Assembly (NCBI GenBank): GCA_963727255.1
Contig: CAVSFC010000002.1
Span: forward strand, 160,001 to 224,000
Direction of reading: 5' to 3'
DNA from: an uncultured bacterium
Lineage (GTDB): Bacteria > Babelota > Babeliae > Babelales > Vermiphilaceae
Length of the DNA stretch: 64,000 nucleotides
The position numbers and the translations under genes are program-made. The notes under the pieces are model-generated. The model worked only from the letters and a program-made list of their open reading frames with translations. It ran no database searches and was not told where the DNA came from. This document shows positions 9,542 to 19,962 of the stretch, in pieces (the stretch's first letter is position 1; each line of letters starts with the position of its first letter).

Positions 9542-11353
9542 ATGTCAAAAGAAGTTATAAAACCCAGTCAATTTGCCCATGCTGATCGCGCAGCGCTGCT
9601 TGAAGAATCAGTGCTCAATAAAAGCGAAGAGCAATTAAAAGATTTAGCTGCTCTTTATACCGGCATGCTTCATAACGTTAACACTGGCAAATTGGTCAAG
9701 GGAACCATCCTCAGAGTTGATAATGATGGCGTTTTAGTTGATATCAACTTTAAATCTGATGGATTTATTCCCCGTTTTGAATTTTCAGAACATGAACTTA
9801 AGAAATTTAAAGCCGGCGATCCAATAGAAGTAATTCTTGATGAATTGGAAAGCAACGAAGGCAGCGTCATTCTTTCGTATGAAAAAGCAAAAGCTCTACG
9901 TGCATGGGATGAGATTACCCGCCTCTTTGAAGAAGGTAAACCTGCTGAAGGTACCGTTACTCATAAGGTTAAAGGTGGCTTGAGCGTTGATATTGGTATT
10001 CCGGCATTCTTGCCCGGCTCTCAAATTGATCTGCAACGGGTTGTTGATTTTGATCAATATGTTGGCCAAACCATCACCGCAGCGATCATTAAAATTAACA
10101 AAAAACGCGGCAATGTTATTATTTCCCGCCGTAAACATCTTTCAGATGCGCGCTCTGAATCACGCAAAAAAGTGCTCGATACGCTCTCTGAAAACCAAGT
10201 TATTCAAGGTATGGTTAAAAACATCACCAACTATGGCGTATTCATAGATATTGGTGGCGTTGATGGCTTATTGCATATCACTGATATGACCTGGGGCCGC
10301 ATTTCACACCCAAGTGAAATGGTAAAAATCGGCGATACTATTACGGTAAAAGTACTCTCATTTGATAAACAAAATGAAAAAATCTCTCTTGGATTAAAAC
10401 AGTTAAGCGATAATCCATGGGAGAAAGCAGCTGAAACTCTTAAAGTTGGTGAAAAGATTAAAGGTAAGATTGCAAGCATCACCGATTATGGCTTATTCGT
10501 AGAAGTTATGAAAGGTGTTGAAGGGCTTGTACACATTTCTGAAGTTTCTTGGACCGATCGCATTAATGATCTTCATAACAAATATAAAGTTGGCCAAGAG
10601 ATTGAAGTGCTCATTGTTTCTCTTGATAAAGAAAACCGCAGAATGTCTTTGAGTGTTAAACAACTTGAAAAAAATCCTTGGGAACAAGTTGAAGAACAAT
10701 TTAAAGTGGGCCAACAGGTTAAAGGCACCATCAGCAACATTACTGATTTTGGTATCTTTGTACAATTGCTCCCCGGAATCGATGGCTTAGTGCACATTTC
10801 TGATCTCTCTTGGACTGAACATATTGATCATCCAAGCGATATCTATAAGAAAGGTGACACGGTTGAAGCGGTTGTCTTGGCAGTTGATAAGAACAACAAG
10901 AAAATATCTCTGGGCATAAAACAGCTCCAGCAAGATCCTTGGGATAATATCGAAAAAGAATATCCGGTTGGAACCCTTGTTGAAGGTTCTGTTTCTAAGA
11001 TCACCAACTTTGGTGCATTTATCAAATTGCCAAGCGGTATCGAAGGGTTAGTTCATATTTCTGAACTTGCAAATCACAATGTTAATAAAGTTGAAGAAGT
11101 GCTCAAAGTTGGTCAAAAAGAGCAATTTAGAGTTATCAACGTTAACAAAGAAGATCGCAAGCTTGGTTTGAGCCTCAAAAAAGATGGCGAAATTAAAGAA
11201 CAACAGCCACGATCTGAATCAAAGGCAAGCAGACCTGCTCCGGCAGAAAAAGCTGAAAAACAAAAACCTATCTCACCAAAAGCTAAAAACTTGTTCCAAT
11301 TAGAGTTGGAAAAGTATGCAGCACGCAAGAAAGGCGAAGACGACAATGATTGA
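9542..11353 (+). CDS. rpsA: 30S ribosomal protein S1
   Basis: Repeated S1 domains (ITNYGVFIDIGGVDGLLHITD, YGLFVE..GVEGLVHISE, etc.). Confidence 0.98.
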   Translation: MSKEVIKPSQFAHADRAALLEESVLNKSEEQLKDLAALYTGMLHNVNTGKLVKGTILRVDNDGVLVDINFKSDGFIPRFEFSEHELKKFKAGDPIEVILDELESNEGSVILSYEKAKALRAWDEITRLFEEGKPAEGTVTHKVKGGLSVDIGIPAFLPGSQIDLQRVVDFDQYVGQTITAAIIKINKKRGNVIISRRKHLSDARSESRKKVLDTLSENQVIQGMVKNITNYGVFIDIGGVDGLLHITDMTWGRISHPSEMVKIGDTITVKVLSFDKQNEKISLGLKQLSDNPWEKAAETLKVGEKIKGKIASITDYGLFVEVMKGVEGLVHISEVSWTDRINDLHNKYKVGQEIEVLIVSLDKENRRMSLSVKQLEKNPWEQVEEQFKVGQQVKGTISNITDFGIFVQLLPGIDGLVHISDLSWTEHIDHPSDIYKKGDTVEAVVLAVDKNNKKISLGIKQLQQDPWDNIEKEYPVGTLVEGSVSKITNFGAFIKLPSGIEGLVHISELANHNVNKVEEVLKVGQKEQFRVINVNKEDRKLGLSLKKDGEIKEQQPRSESKASRPAPAEKAEKQKPISPKAKNLFQLELEKYAARKKGEDDND

Positions 11354-11756
11354 ACGCACCTTTGCGATGATCAAACCCGATGCAGTCGCTGCTAAAAACA
11401 GCGGCAAAATCATCGATATGATTGAACAAAATGGCTTTACTATTCTTGGCATGCGTAAACTTACGATCGATAAAAAGAAAGCGGAAGAGTTTTATGCCGT
11501 GCACAAAGAACGCCCATTTTTTGGCGAGTTGGTCTCATTTGTAACTTCTGGACCGGTAGTCATCATGGCACTCGAACGCGATAATGCGGTAAAAGCATGG
11601 CGCGATTTGATGGGAGCTACTGATTCTCGCAAAGCTGATAAAGGTACCATTCGTAATCTGTTTGGCACCGATATTGGCAAAAATGCAGCCCATGGTTCAG
11701 ATTCAGTTGAAAACGCCAAGATTGAATTAAAGCTATTTTTCCCTGAATTAAAATAG
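11346..11756 (+). CDS. ndk: Nucleoside diphosphate kinase
   Basis: ERTFAMIKPDAV, HKERPFF, GTIR, NAAHGSDS. Start overlaps the rpsA stop. Confidence 0.98.
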   Translation: MIERTFAMIKPDAVAAKNSGKIIDMIEQNGFTILGMRKLTIDKKKAEEFYAVHKERPFFGELVSFVTSGPVVIMALERDNAVKAWRDLMGATDSRKADKGTIRNLFGTDIGKNAAHGSDSVENAKIELKLFFPELK

Positions 11757-11767
11757 GCAAAACAATG

Positions 11768-11797
11768 AACGGGGGAACTTTTGTTCCCCCGTTTTTT
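11768..11797 (+). terminator. Intrinsic terminator of rpsA-ndk
   Basis: AACGGGGGAAC-TTTT-GTTCCCCCGTT followed by a T tract. Confidence 0.85.
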
Positions 11798-11798
11798 A

Positions 11799-11901
11799 TC
11801 CTTCGATATGAATCCTTCATCAAAACTAAGGACTCTACTCAGGATGTGTGTCGAAAAAGCACACATGGTGAGTGCCTTGCGAAGCGAGGTGTATCGAACC
11901 A
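11799..11901. repeat. Palindromic intergenic repeat (REP/MITE-like)
   Basis: CCTTCGATA...ACTCAGGATGTGTG / CACACATGGTGAGT...TATCGAACCA; motifs shared with the copies at 41212 and 50688. Confidence 0.6.
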
Positions 11902-11936
11902 TCGAAACAAAATAAAAATACTAAGAGAGGATACCT

Positions 11937-12149
11937 ATGAAAATCACCAATTCAAATTTCTATTTCATCATATTCACCGCACTAGCAGCATTATTAATAA
12001 TCGGTATGTACTTTTTTTCTCGCCAAGGAAACTGCTGTGGCGACTGCCATGTTCATGGTGAGCATGCAACAGAGCAGGTAATGCAAACCCCAGCTGAACA
12101 ACCAAGCAGCGAAACAACAGCAACAGAAAATTCTGAGCCACACAATTGA
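11937..12149 (+). CDS. Small membrane-anchored protein with CCGDCHVH motif
   Basis: GAGG RBS, one TM helix, acidic tail, followed by a terminator. Confidence 0.6.
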   Translation: MKITNSNFYFIIFTALAALLIIGMYFFSRQGNCCGDCHVHGEHATEQVMQTPAEQPSSETTATENSEPHN

Positions 12150-12174
12150 AAATATTCTTTCTAAAATTATAATT

Positions 12175-12203
12175 AGGGAACGTAAACTCGTTCCCTTTTT
12201 TTT
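12175..12203 (+). terminator. Intrinsic terminator
   Basis: AGGGAACG-loop-CGTTCCCT plus T tract. Confidence 0.75.
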
Positions 12204-12215
12204 AAAGGAAAAAAA

Positions 12216-12767
12216 ATGAAGCTTTTAATCTGCGTTTTTATAGTAGCAAGCTCTCTATGCGCAATGGAAAAAAAATACACAGCGCTATCAGCTGCTGAAA
12301 AAATCTCTTTGCTTAATGCAATAACTGATGGCTCGCTTAAATCTCATGACCGCTATCTTGAATTTCCTGCATTTTTTAAAAACCAGCACAAAGAAATTAT
12401 TTATTTTCAATCTTATAAAGATATTTTAGGCTATTTAAAAAAAGTAACTCATCATTGCAAATGGCCGGATAAGGAGGACTGGTTTATGCGAGCAGAAGTC
12501 TTTGCAAATGAAAATCCAGGTTTTCTTCAAACGGGTGGAACGGAAGAAAATAATAAAAAATTTAAATCAATAATGTCGCAAATTTTTGCATATGATGTTT
12601 GGGGATTGTCTGGCAGACGGGAAAAGAACTGGAAAAATTTTTTAATTGCTCTGAATAACCGCGATAAAAAATACATCAATGATCTTATGCAAAAAGTAGC
12701 AGATCGCGATAAACGTTTTGCTGCCCTTGATAGAGAATTCCCAGCCTTGGCAAGTCTTGATCAATGA
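12216..12767 (+). CDS. Hypothetical secreted protein
   Basis: Signal peptide MKLLICVFIVASSLCA|MEK; AAGGA RBS. Confidence 0.65.
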   Translation: MKLLICVFIVASSLCAMEKKYTALSAAEKISLLNAITDGSLKSHDRYLEFPAFFKNQHKEIIYFQSYKDILGYLKKVTHHCKWPDKEDWFMRAEVFANENPGFLQTGGTEENNKKFKSIMSQIFAYDVWGLSGRREKNWKNFLIALNNRDKKYINDLMQKVADRDKRFAALDREFPALASLDQ

Positions 12768-12777
12768 TACAAAAAAA

Positions 12778-13707
12778 TTATTTGCCCTGTTCTTTTTCTT
12801 CTGATTCCAACCACTGTAACTTCTTTGTGACATGTTCAAGCATATGCTCTTGAAATGGAGTGCGATTGATGCAGGATTCGAATACAGTCTTTTCTAAGGT
12901 TAGCAATTTCTTTTTAGTCTTTTTCTTTTTTTCAAGAAGGTCTCTTTGTTGCGAAAACCAGGCATAAAACATTGATGCCTGGCCTTCAAGAAGCTTAGCA
13001 AGTTGATTTTCATCTTTTAGAAATTTATTGAGCAGAGTCTGTCTGACTAGTCCAAGTTTTTGATTTTGTGCTGTTATTTCCGGAGTAGAATTATATGGAA
13101 GATTATTTAATCGCTCAAAAAACATCGCAAGTGCCGGCCAATTGCTCCGATCAAGCGCAAGATCAATAGGCGTTTTTTTCTGATTGTCTTCTATCAGCAA
13201 TAAAGATAGATCATAATCCCTAAAGTATTCATTCTTATATAAAATATATAAAAGTGCATTAACAGTCATTGCTACCTGAGGAGCATATTCTTTTTCATGC
13301 TTATTTCTCGCTAGGATATGCAACGGGGTAGTTCCTTCATTATCTTGTTCTCTCACATTCACTTTTTTTGATAACAAAGTATATACTGCTTCTTGGTTGG
13401 CGACTTTTGCAGCATAATGTAACCCATTTTTACCATCCTGTGAGATCGCATCCGGCGCTGCGCCTTTTTCCAGAAGATACTTCATTTTCTCAGGTTGATT
13501 TACTTCAATACTATGATGCAACAGCATCATGCCATTTTTATCTACCAATTTAACTAACCCCGGCGAAGCATCAATCACCGCTTTAAATTTATCAAAATCG
13601 GATGTTCTTAGATCCGAAACCAATGTTTCAATAGAATTGTATTTCTCCATGCCCATGATCATTGATGCTGGTAACGCAATCAGTAGACCAAACAAGATTT
13701 TATTCAT
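12778..13707 (-). CDS. Secreted ankyrin-repeat protein
   Basis: DKNGMMLLHHS, DGKNGLHYAA, DNEGTTPLHILA, DNQKKTPIDLA; signal peptide. Confidence 0.85.
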   Translation of the reverse strand: MNKILFGLLIALPASMIMGMEKYNSIETLVSDLRTSDFDKFKAVIDASPGLVKLVDKNGMMLLHHSIEVNQPEKMKYLLEKGAAPDAISQDGKNGLHYAAKVANQEAVYTLLSKKVNVREQDNEGTTPLHILARNKHEKEYAPQVAMTVNALLYILYKNEYFRDYDLSLLLIEDNQKKTPIDLALDRSNWPALAMFFERLNNLPYNSTPEITAQNQKLGLVRQTLLNKFLKDENQLAKLLEGQASMFYAWFSQQRDLLEKKKKTKKKLLTLEKTVFESCINRTPFQEHMLEHVTKKLQWLESEEKEQGK

Positions 13708-13842
13708 AATTACCCTGTTAACGAATCAGTTCTAGATTTTTTGAAGAGACTAGTAAAGATTGCTTGAACGGTCAAACGAAATTGAAAATGTTGTTTGGCA
13801 AGCTATACTCAATAGTTATTAACACATAAAAAAGAGAGATGT

Positions 13843-14541
13843 ATGAAAAAAAATTATCTTATAATTGCAAGTGCCGCATTGCTATTTATTGGCACATTAT
13901 TTTTCTATCACCGCCAAAAGCCATCACAAAAAATGTATACCACGCAAGAAATTAATCAGATCATCGATGATGTTTATACCGATGTGAGCGGATTTAGCAT
14001 TGCGATGCACGAGCGTGAATTTATTGAAGATCAGGGCGGCAACCCTACCTATGGAGAAATCACTATAGAATCAGTTGCAAAGTTATTAAGTGATTTACAT
14101 TTAACCGCAAAAGATTACTTTTTTGATTTAGGTTCAGGCGTTGGTAAAGTCTGCGTGCAAGCAGCACTCACAACCCCTGCTTATGCAATTGGGGTTGAAC
14201 TTTCACCCACCCGTTATCAAGGCGCTCAGTTAATCAAAGATGAACTCATCAAACGCACAATTCTGACTAATCCAGATAAACTAACGTTTATTGAGCAAAA
14301 TATTACTAATGCTAATTTGAGTAAAGCGACAGTGATCTTCATGTGCTCAACATGTTTTTCTGATTCATTAATGGAAACGCTCGCCAATAAAATGGCGCAC
14401 GAATGCAATCCCGGACTGCGTGTTATAACACTTAAAAGCCTGCCGCAGCATGAGCAATTTGTTTTGATTAAAAAATATGAACTTCCCATGACATGGTCAC
14501 AAGGCTCGCCAGTATATTTGTACGAACTTCAACGAAGCTGA
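13843..14541 (+). CDS. DOT1-like (histone H3K79-type) class I SAM methyltransferase with N-terminal hydrophobic segment
   Basis: YGEI, FFDLGSGVGK, GVELSPTR, ATVIFMCSTCF in the same order as DOT1 motifs. Confidence 0.75.
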   Translation: MKKNYLIIASAALLFIGTLFFYHRQKPSQKMYTTQEINQIIDDVYTDVSGFSIAMHEREFIEDQGGNPTYGEITIESVAKLLSDLHLTAKDYFFDLGSGVGKVCVQAALTTPAYAIGVELSPTRYQGAQLIKDELIKRTILTNPDKLTFIEQNITNANLSKATVIFMCSTCFSDSLMETLANKMAHECNPGLRVITLKSLPQHEQFVLIKKYELPMTWSQGSPVYLYELQRS

Positions 14542-15608
14542 CTTTTCCATTTTGGAATCAAATTATGAGCATCAACTGAATAAATGGCAAACCCATTAAT
14601 AGCCACTTTATTACATTTTAATGTTTTAATCGTATGCGGAAATGCCATGCCAAAACCATAGAGATTAGGGGCGATAATTCCAGTTTTTTCATCACAGGTA
14701 TAATCATAACTCCCATTAACGCTTAGTGGGTTTCTTTCAAATCCAATCGCATAAATCACCTTATTGCATAAGTGAAGATAACGATCTCGATTTTCTTGCG
14801 TATTTTTTACCCTTATCAGATTTTCTGGTGGTTTTTGTTCTAAAATACTTTTAACCCACTCTTTGGTTATCCCTTCCAAGCTTTCAGCTCCGGGTATTCG
14901 GTACTGATAGGGGGTTGTGTAAAAATTGATTATCTGCTTTACCCCTAATTCAGACAAATATTTTAGCATCAGCATTGCTGAATGCATGCCACCAAAAACG
15001 GCAATACGATCATCTGCGCAAACATACCTTGCGAGTTTATTTTTATCCAAAGCTTCATCTAAATAAATTTCCTGCAATTCATACTCAAGCTTCTTTGGAT
15101 AGCCACCAATCGCTAAAATTACTTTACGAGCACCAATTTTAGTAGTGCCACATTCTAATAACCATCCATCATTATTGCTTGTAAGAGCCAGTACCGTATC
15201 TTGCAAAGAATTAACTAATGATCGTAAATAATTTGTTGCATCAACAAGCGGATCTATAATGATTTTTAATGGAAGAAATTCATTTGGGTTACAGGAAAAA
15301 AGTGTATCGCGGCTTGCACAAGGAAATTTTTTTAAGACCGGGCATATATTAAAATAGGATTGTAAAATTTGTATCTTAGAGTTGGCAGGCACGTTACGAT
15401 AATATTTGCCCATTCTGCCGACATTAAATTCTGGATCAATCCAAAAAATAGTTGATGGTTCGACACCGAATTCTAATAAAACCGCTACAGTGGTTATACC
15501 TGCAAGCCCGCCACCAATTACAGCCCATTCATAGTTATTTGATGGGAAGGCACTTTTTTGAGTTGCCAGTAAAAATAGTAAATAGATATATAATAATTTT
15601 TTAGTCAT
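14529..15608 (-). CDS. FAD/NAD(P)-dependent oxidoreductase with signal-like N-terminus
   Basis: WAVIGGGLAG Rossmann motif, VILAIGG, second nucleotide motif AVFGGMHSA, IYAIGF. Confidence 0.75.
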   Translation of the reverse strand: MTKKLLYIYLLFLLATQKSAFPSNNYEWAVIGGGLAGITTVAVLLEFGVEPSTIFWIDPEFNVGRMGKYYRNVPANSKIQILQSYFNICPVLKKFPCASRDTLFSCNPNEFLPLKIIIDPLVDATNYLRSLVNSLQDTVLALTSNNDGWLLECGTTKIGARKVILAIGGYPKKLEYELQEIYLDEALDKNKLARYVCADDRIAVFGGMHSAMLMLKYLSELGVKQIINFYTTPYQYRIPGAESLEGITKEWVKSILEQKPPENLIRVKNTQENRDRYLHLCNKVIYAIGFERNPLSVNGSYDYTCDEKTGIIAPNLYGFGMAFPHTIKTLKCNKVAINGFAIYSVDAHNLIPKWKSQLR

Positions 15609-15801
15609 TACACTCTTAAAAAGAGAAAATTACTGTTTTTAGTACCCTAAGGCAATCTTACATTTTAAGCAAGAAATGGGAATCATAAGCAAAAAGGTTG
15701 GCCACAAGGCTTAACTAAACGCTTCATCTAAAATGCTTTACTAGACCTGCCAATTTGTGCTAATTTAATTTTAGACTTTAAATCCGCACAAAGGAATAGC
15801 C

Positions 15802-16989
15802 ATGTTATTCAAAAGAGACAGTGTAAAAAAACTGAAAAGACTTAGAAAGTTCCCTGTCATAGCCATTCTAGGGCCAAGGCAATCAGGTAAAACTACACTC
15901 GCTAAAAATTATTTTAAGAAGTATGCCTATTTTTCTTTTGAAAATCCCATGACACGCGAATTCGCAACTGCTGATCCAGAAAGATTCTTGAGAGAACATG
16001 AAAATAAATATGGTATAATCCTCGATGAATTTCAAAATGCTCCTGAAATCCTTTCTTACATTCAACTCGAAGTCGATGAAAAAAAACGGCCTGGATATTT
16101 TGTTCTCACTGGTTCTCAAAATTATTTAATGAATGAAAAAATATCTCAATCATTGGCAGGAAGAGTCGGAATTCTCACCTTATTGCCGCTTTCATTGCAT
16201 GAATTGAAAGAAAATAAGCTCTGGGATTCTAATATCGATACCCTAATGATCAAAGGTTTTTATCCTCGAATATACAGCGAAAAGTTAGAACCCTATGATG
16301 TATATCCAAATTATATTCAGACATATATTGAGCGAGATGTCCGTCAACTAAGCAATATCGGCGACTTACATGCATTTCAAAAATTTATGGCGCTTTGTGC
16401 TGGAAGAATTGGCCAACAATTAAACTTAACCGATATCGCAACCAATTGTAGCATCAGCGTACCTACCGCAAACAAATGGCTCTCCATTTTAGAAGCAGGG
16501 TATATTGTATATATTCTTCAGCCATATCATAAAAATTATAATAAAAGGCTCACGAAATCACCAAAACTATATTTTTACGATACCGGCCTTGCTTGCAGTC
16601 TTTTGGGTATAACTTCACCCTCAATAATCAGCGTTAGCCCTTTTAGAGGGCATATATTTGAAAATTTAATTATTGGCGATCTATGCAAACAATATTTTAA
16701 TCAGGGCAAACGCCCACCACTTTATTTTTGGAGAGAGCAAAATGGTAGAATTGAGATAGATTGCATTATTGATCAAGCAACAAAATTGAATGCTATCGAA
16801 ATTAAATCTTCAGAGACAACTACCTCTGCATTTCTTGATGCTTTAGCAGAATGGAATGAACTCTCAAAAACAAATCCGGAAGATAATTATCTTATTTATG
16901 CGGGTAAATATAATCAAAAAAGAAGCCGTGGAAATGTGATGAGCTGGCAATCAATTGGAACATTGATTACTACTTTAGAGGAAAAATAA
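15802..16989 (+). CDS. AAA_14 ATPase with DUF4143 and C-terminal PD-(D/E)XK-like motif
   Basis: GPRQSGKTT, ILDEFQ, LTGSQ, SLAGR, KSPKLYFYDTGL, EIDCII...IEIKS. Confidence 0.9.
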   Translation: MLFKRDSVKKLKRLRKFPVIAILGPRQSGKTTLAKNYFKKYAYFSFENPMTREFATADPERFLREHENKYGIILDEFQNAPEILSYIQLEVDEKKRPGYFVLTGSQNYLMNEKISQSLAGRVGILTLLPLSLHELKENKLWDSNIDTLMIKGFYPRIYSEKLEPYDVYPNYIQTYIERDVRQLSNIGDLHAFQKFMALCAGRIGQQLNLTDIATNCSISVPTANKWLSILEAGYIVYILQPYHKNYNKRLTKSPKLYFYDTGLACSLLGITSPSIISVSPFRGHIFENLIIGDLCKQYFNQGKRPPLYFWREQNGRIEIDCIIDQATKLNAIEIKSSETTTSAFLDALAEWNELSKTNPEDNYLIYAGKYNQKRSRGNVMSWQSIGTLITTLEEK

Positions 16990-17045
16990 ATACTACAAAC
17001 TTCGCGATCAGTAAAAATTTATTTTTCTTTTTTAAGAAAAAGAAG

Positions 17046-17591
17046 CTATTCCTTTTCTGTTGGAACTTCAGCTTCAGGCTTCATCTCAGCTTCGCGGCCC
17101 ATTTTCTTGACTGCCTCATCAAGAATACCATTTACAAATTTATACGCATCACGTTCTGCAAAACATTTAGCAAGTTCTATAGCCTCATTCATCACAATGT
17201 TTGCCGAAGTTTGGGTATTATGCAATTCCCAAAGGGCTAGCCGCAGAATTAATTTGGTGCAAAGTCCAATCCGATCAAACCGCCAATTGTGCAAAAGTGG
17301 CTTAATGGTTTCATCAAGCTGGTCACGAGTATCAATCACGGTTTTAGCAACTTTAAAAACTTCACTATCAATAGGTATTGCTAACTCGAAACCGCGATTA
17401 AAATTATCTGTAATTGATTCTAATGAGGCACTATAATCAAATGCATCCATTGCATACAGCAAATGTAACACTAATGATCGCACATCTCGGCGGGATAAAT
17501 CATTATAAGAAACTGGCCGATCCAATTCTTCAAGATGCTGATTATGATTAATATCAGAACAAGCGTTGCTCATCTGGGTAAACTCCATCAT
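17046..17591 (-). CDS. nusB: Transcription antitermination factor NusB
   Basis: NWRFDRI, ILRLALWEL, NEAIELAKCF, FVNGILD. Confidence 0.93.
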   Translation of the reverse strand: MMEFTQMSNACSDINHNQHLEELDRPVSYNDLSRRDVRSLVLHLLYAMDAFDYSASLESITDNFNRGFELAIPIDSEVFKVAKTVIDTRDQLDETIKPLLHNWRFDRIGLCTKLILRLALWELHNTQTSANIVMNEAIELAKCFAERDAYKFVNGILDEAVKKMGREAEMKPEAEVPTEKE

Positions 17592-17600
17592 GCTATGATA

Positions 17601-18170
17601 TTATTTTTTGATTCGTTCAAGATACGTTGATGTACGTGTGTCAATTTTAAGAACGTCACCTTCATTGATAAATAAAGGAACTTGAATGACGAGGCCCGTT
17701 TCAAGAGTTGCCGGTTTATAACCTGCGCCTTGGGCAGTATCACCACGAACACCCGGAGGAGTTTCCTTGACTTCTAACTCCATAAAAAGAGGAGGAGTGA
17801 CCGCAATTGGTTTTTCTGAGAAATAAAGAACCGTATAAATAGTCTGTTCTTTAAGGAAATCTAAGACTTCATCAAGCTGGCTTTTATTGAGAACAACTTG
17901 TTCATAGGATTCTTGATCCATGAAATTATAATCATCGCCTTCAGCATATAAGTACTGCATTTGTTTATATTCAAGATTTGGATCAGGGAATTTTTCACCG
18001 GATCGGAAAAGCTCTTCATGAACAAGGCCGGTAAGCATGTTTTTCATTCTAGTCCGCACAAATGCGCCACCTTTTCCCGGTTTAACGTGATGGTATTCAA
18101 GAACCATATAGGGCGCATCGCGAAATAAGATTTTGGCGCCTTTACGAAAATCTGAAGTAGAAATCACCAT
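17601..18170 (-). CDS. efp: Elongation factor P
   Basis: HVKPGKGGAFVR, PGVRGDT, KPATLETG..VPLFI. Confidence 0.97.
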   Translation of the reverse strand: MVISTSDFRKGAKILFRDAPYMVLEYHHVKPGKGGAFVRTRMKNMLTGLVHEELFRSGEKFPDPNLEYKQMQYLYAEGDDYNFMDQESYEQVVLNKSQLDEVLDFLKEQTIYTVLYFSEKPIAVTPPLFMELEVKETPPGVRGDTAQGAGYKPATLETGLVIQVPLFINEGDVLKIDTRTSTYLERIKK

Positions 18171-18259
18171 GAATCCTTTATAAACAAGTAAGATGTTATA
18201 TGATTTAGTATAGGAAAGCATTTAAAAAATGCAATTATATTTGAATAAAAAGGATTCCC

Positions 18260-19498
18260 ATGCGAACGCTAAACGTTACTGATCCAGAACTCTATACCAT
18301 CATCCATGAAGAAACTCTTCGCCAGGAAAAGGAGTTAACCCTCATTGCCTCTGAGAATTATGCATCAAACGCCGTGTTGCAAGCTTCCGGATCGGTTCTT
18401 ACTAATAAATATGCAGAGGGATATCCAGGCAAGCGGTATTATGCGGGGTGTAACTTTGTAGATCAAGCAGAATTACTGGCCATAGCACGCTGTAAAAAAC
18501 TTTTTAATGCTGAGCATGCCAACGTTCAACCGCATGCCGGTTCTCAGGCAAATATGGCAGTTTATTTCAGTGTTCTCAAACCTGGAGATACCATTATGGG
18601 CATGAGTTTGGCAGAAGGGGGCCATTTAACGCATGGACATTCAGTTAATTTTTCGGGTAATCTCTATAAATCAATAGCGTACGGAGTCAATAAAGATACT
18701 GAACTCATTGATTTTGATCAGATTGAAAAGCTTGCACGCCAACATAAACCCAAACTGATCATCGCGGGCGCTTCCGCCTATTCACGCATCATTGATTTCG
18801 ATCATTTTTCACGGATTGCTCAAAGCATAGGCGCCTATTTTATGGCCGATATAGCCCATATCGCCGGCCTTATTGCCGCCCATTTGCATCCAAGCCCTCT
18901 TGCAAAGGCTGATTTTGTAACCAGCACGACTCATAAAACTCTCCGGGGACCGCGCGGCGGCTTGGTAATGTGCAAACAAATCCATGCTGAAGCTCTTGAT
19001 AGAGCTATTATGCCCGGATCTCAGGGAGGGCCATTTATGCAGGTTATTGCGGCAAAAGCGGTTGCTTTTCAGGAAGCGTTGCAGCCCGATTTTGTTGATT
19101 ATCAAAAGCAGGTGATTATCAATGCTCAAACCTTTGCAAAATCTATGCAAACAATGGGATATCGAATCGTAACGGGTGGCACCGATAATCATCTTTTTAT
19201 TGTTGATTTACGGAGTAAGAATATTACTGGCCGAGCAGCAGAAGCTGCCCTAGAAAAAACCGGTATAAATGTAAGCCGCAGCTGCATTCCTAATGACCCG
19301 CAAAAACCTTGGATAACAAGCGGAATCCGCATCGGTACACCGGCAATAACCACACGGGGAATCGTCAAAGAGCAGGATATTCAAGAAATCGCGCAGCTTA
19401 TTGATGATGTGATAAAAAATCATGAAAATGAGGCGCTTCTCAAGACAATCAAAGAACAGGTACATATTTTTTGCTCTCAGTACCAAATTTATGATTGA
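18260..19498 (+). CDS. glyA: Serine hydroxymethyltransferase
   Basis: [45 protein letters not shown]. Confidence 0.98.
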   Translation: MRTLNVTDPELYTIIHEETLRQEKELTLIASENYASNAVLQASGSVLTNKYAEGYPGKRYYAGCNFVDQAELLAIARCKKLFNAEHANVQPHAGSQANMAVYFSVLKPGDTIMGMSLAEGGHLTHGHSVNFSGNLYKSIAYGVNKDTELIDFDQIEKLARQHKPKLIIAGASAYSRIIDFDHFSRIAQSIGAYFMADIAHIAGLIAAHLHPSPLAKADFVTSTTHKTLRGPRGGLVMCKQIHAEALDRAIMPGSQGGPFMQVIAAKAVAFQEALQPDFVDYQKQVIINAQTFAKSMQTMGYRIVTGGTDNHLFIVDLRSKNITGRAAEAALEKTGINVSRSCIPNDPQKPWITSGIRIGTPAITTRGIVKEQDIQEIAQLIDDVIKNHENEALLKTIKEQVHIFCSQYQIYD

Positions 19499-19574
19499 TA
19501 ATTGACAAATTGGATATTTATATGATAATCTTAGTCTAAACAAAGATCTAAATTAATTTAAGACAAGGATTATC

Positions 19575-19895
19575 ATGAATATTCAAAAACTATTGTTCAT
19601 ACTTTCAGCGTTCTTATTTTTGATTCTGAGCAAAAATAATGAAGCCATGTTCGATAATCAACCGTATAAATATACCTCCAGCCAAGACCTCGAGGCACGA
19701 AAAAAGGCAATGCGAGATACGCTCGATGATTTAAACCGTTCTTTTCAAGAAAATCAAACGGAAACTAATCTGCGTCGGATCAGCGAAATTGCTCACAGTA
19801 TTAATAATACAACATCAGGAACAGATCCGGAACTTGCAAAACGTGCACAAAATTTGCTCCAAAGAATCTCTGCTAAATTCCATTATTTCCACTAA
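19575..19895 (+). CDS. Small hypothetical secreted protein
   Basis: Signal peptide ...NEA|MFD; AAGGA RBS; TTGACA -35-like box upstream. Confidence 0.6.
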   Translation: MNIQKLLFILSAFLFLILSKNNEAMFDNQPYKYTSSQDLEARKKAMRDTLDDLNRSFQENQTETNLRRISEIAHSINNTTSGTDPELAKRAQNLLQRISAKFHYFH

Positions 19896-19910
19896 GACAG
19901 ATTTAGTTAC

Positions 19911-19946
19911 AAAAAAACCGGAGGCCATTACATCTCCGGTTTTTTA
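19911..19946. terminator. Bidirectional intrinsic terminator
   Basis: AAAAAAACCGGAG-loop-CTCCGGTTTTTTT between convergent genes. Confidence 0.85.
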
Positions 19947-19962
19947 TTGAAACAAATAATTT

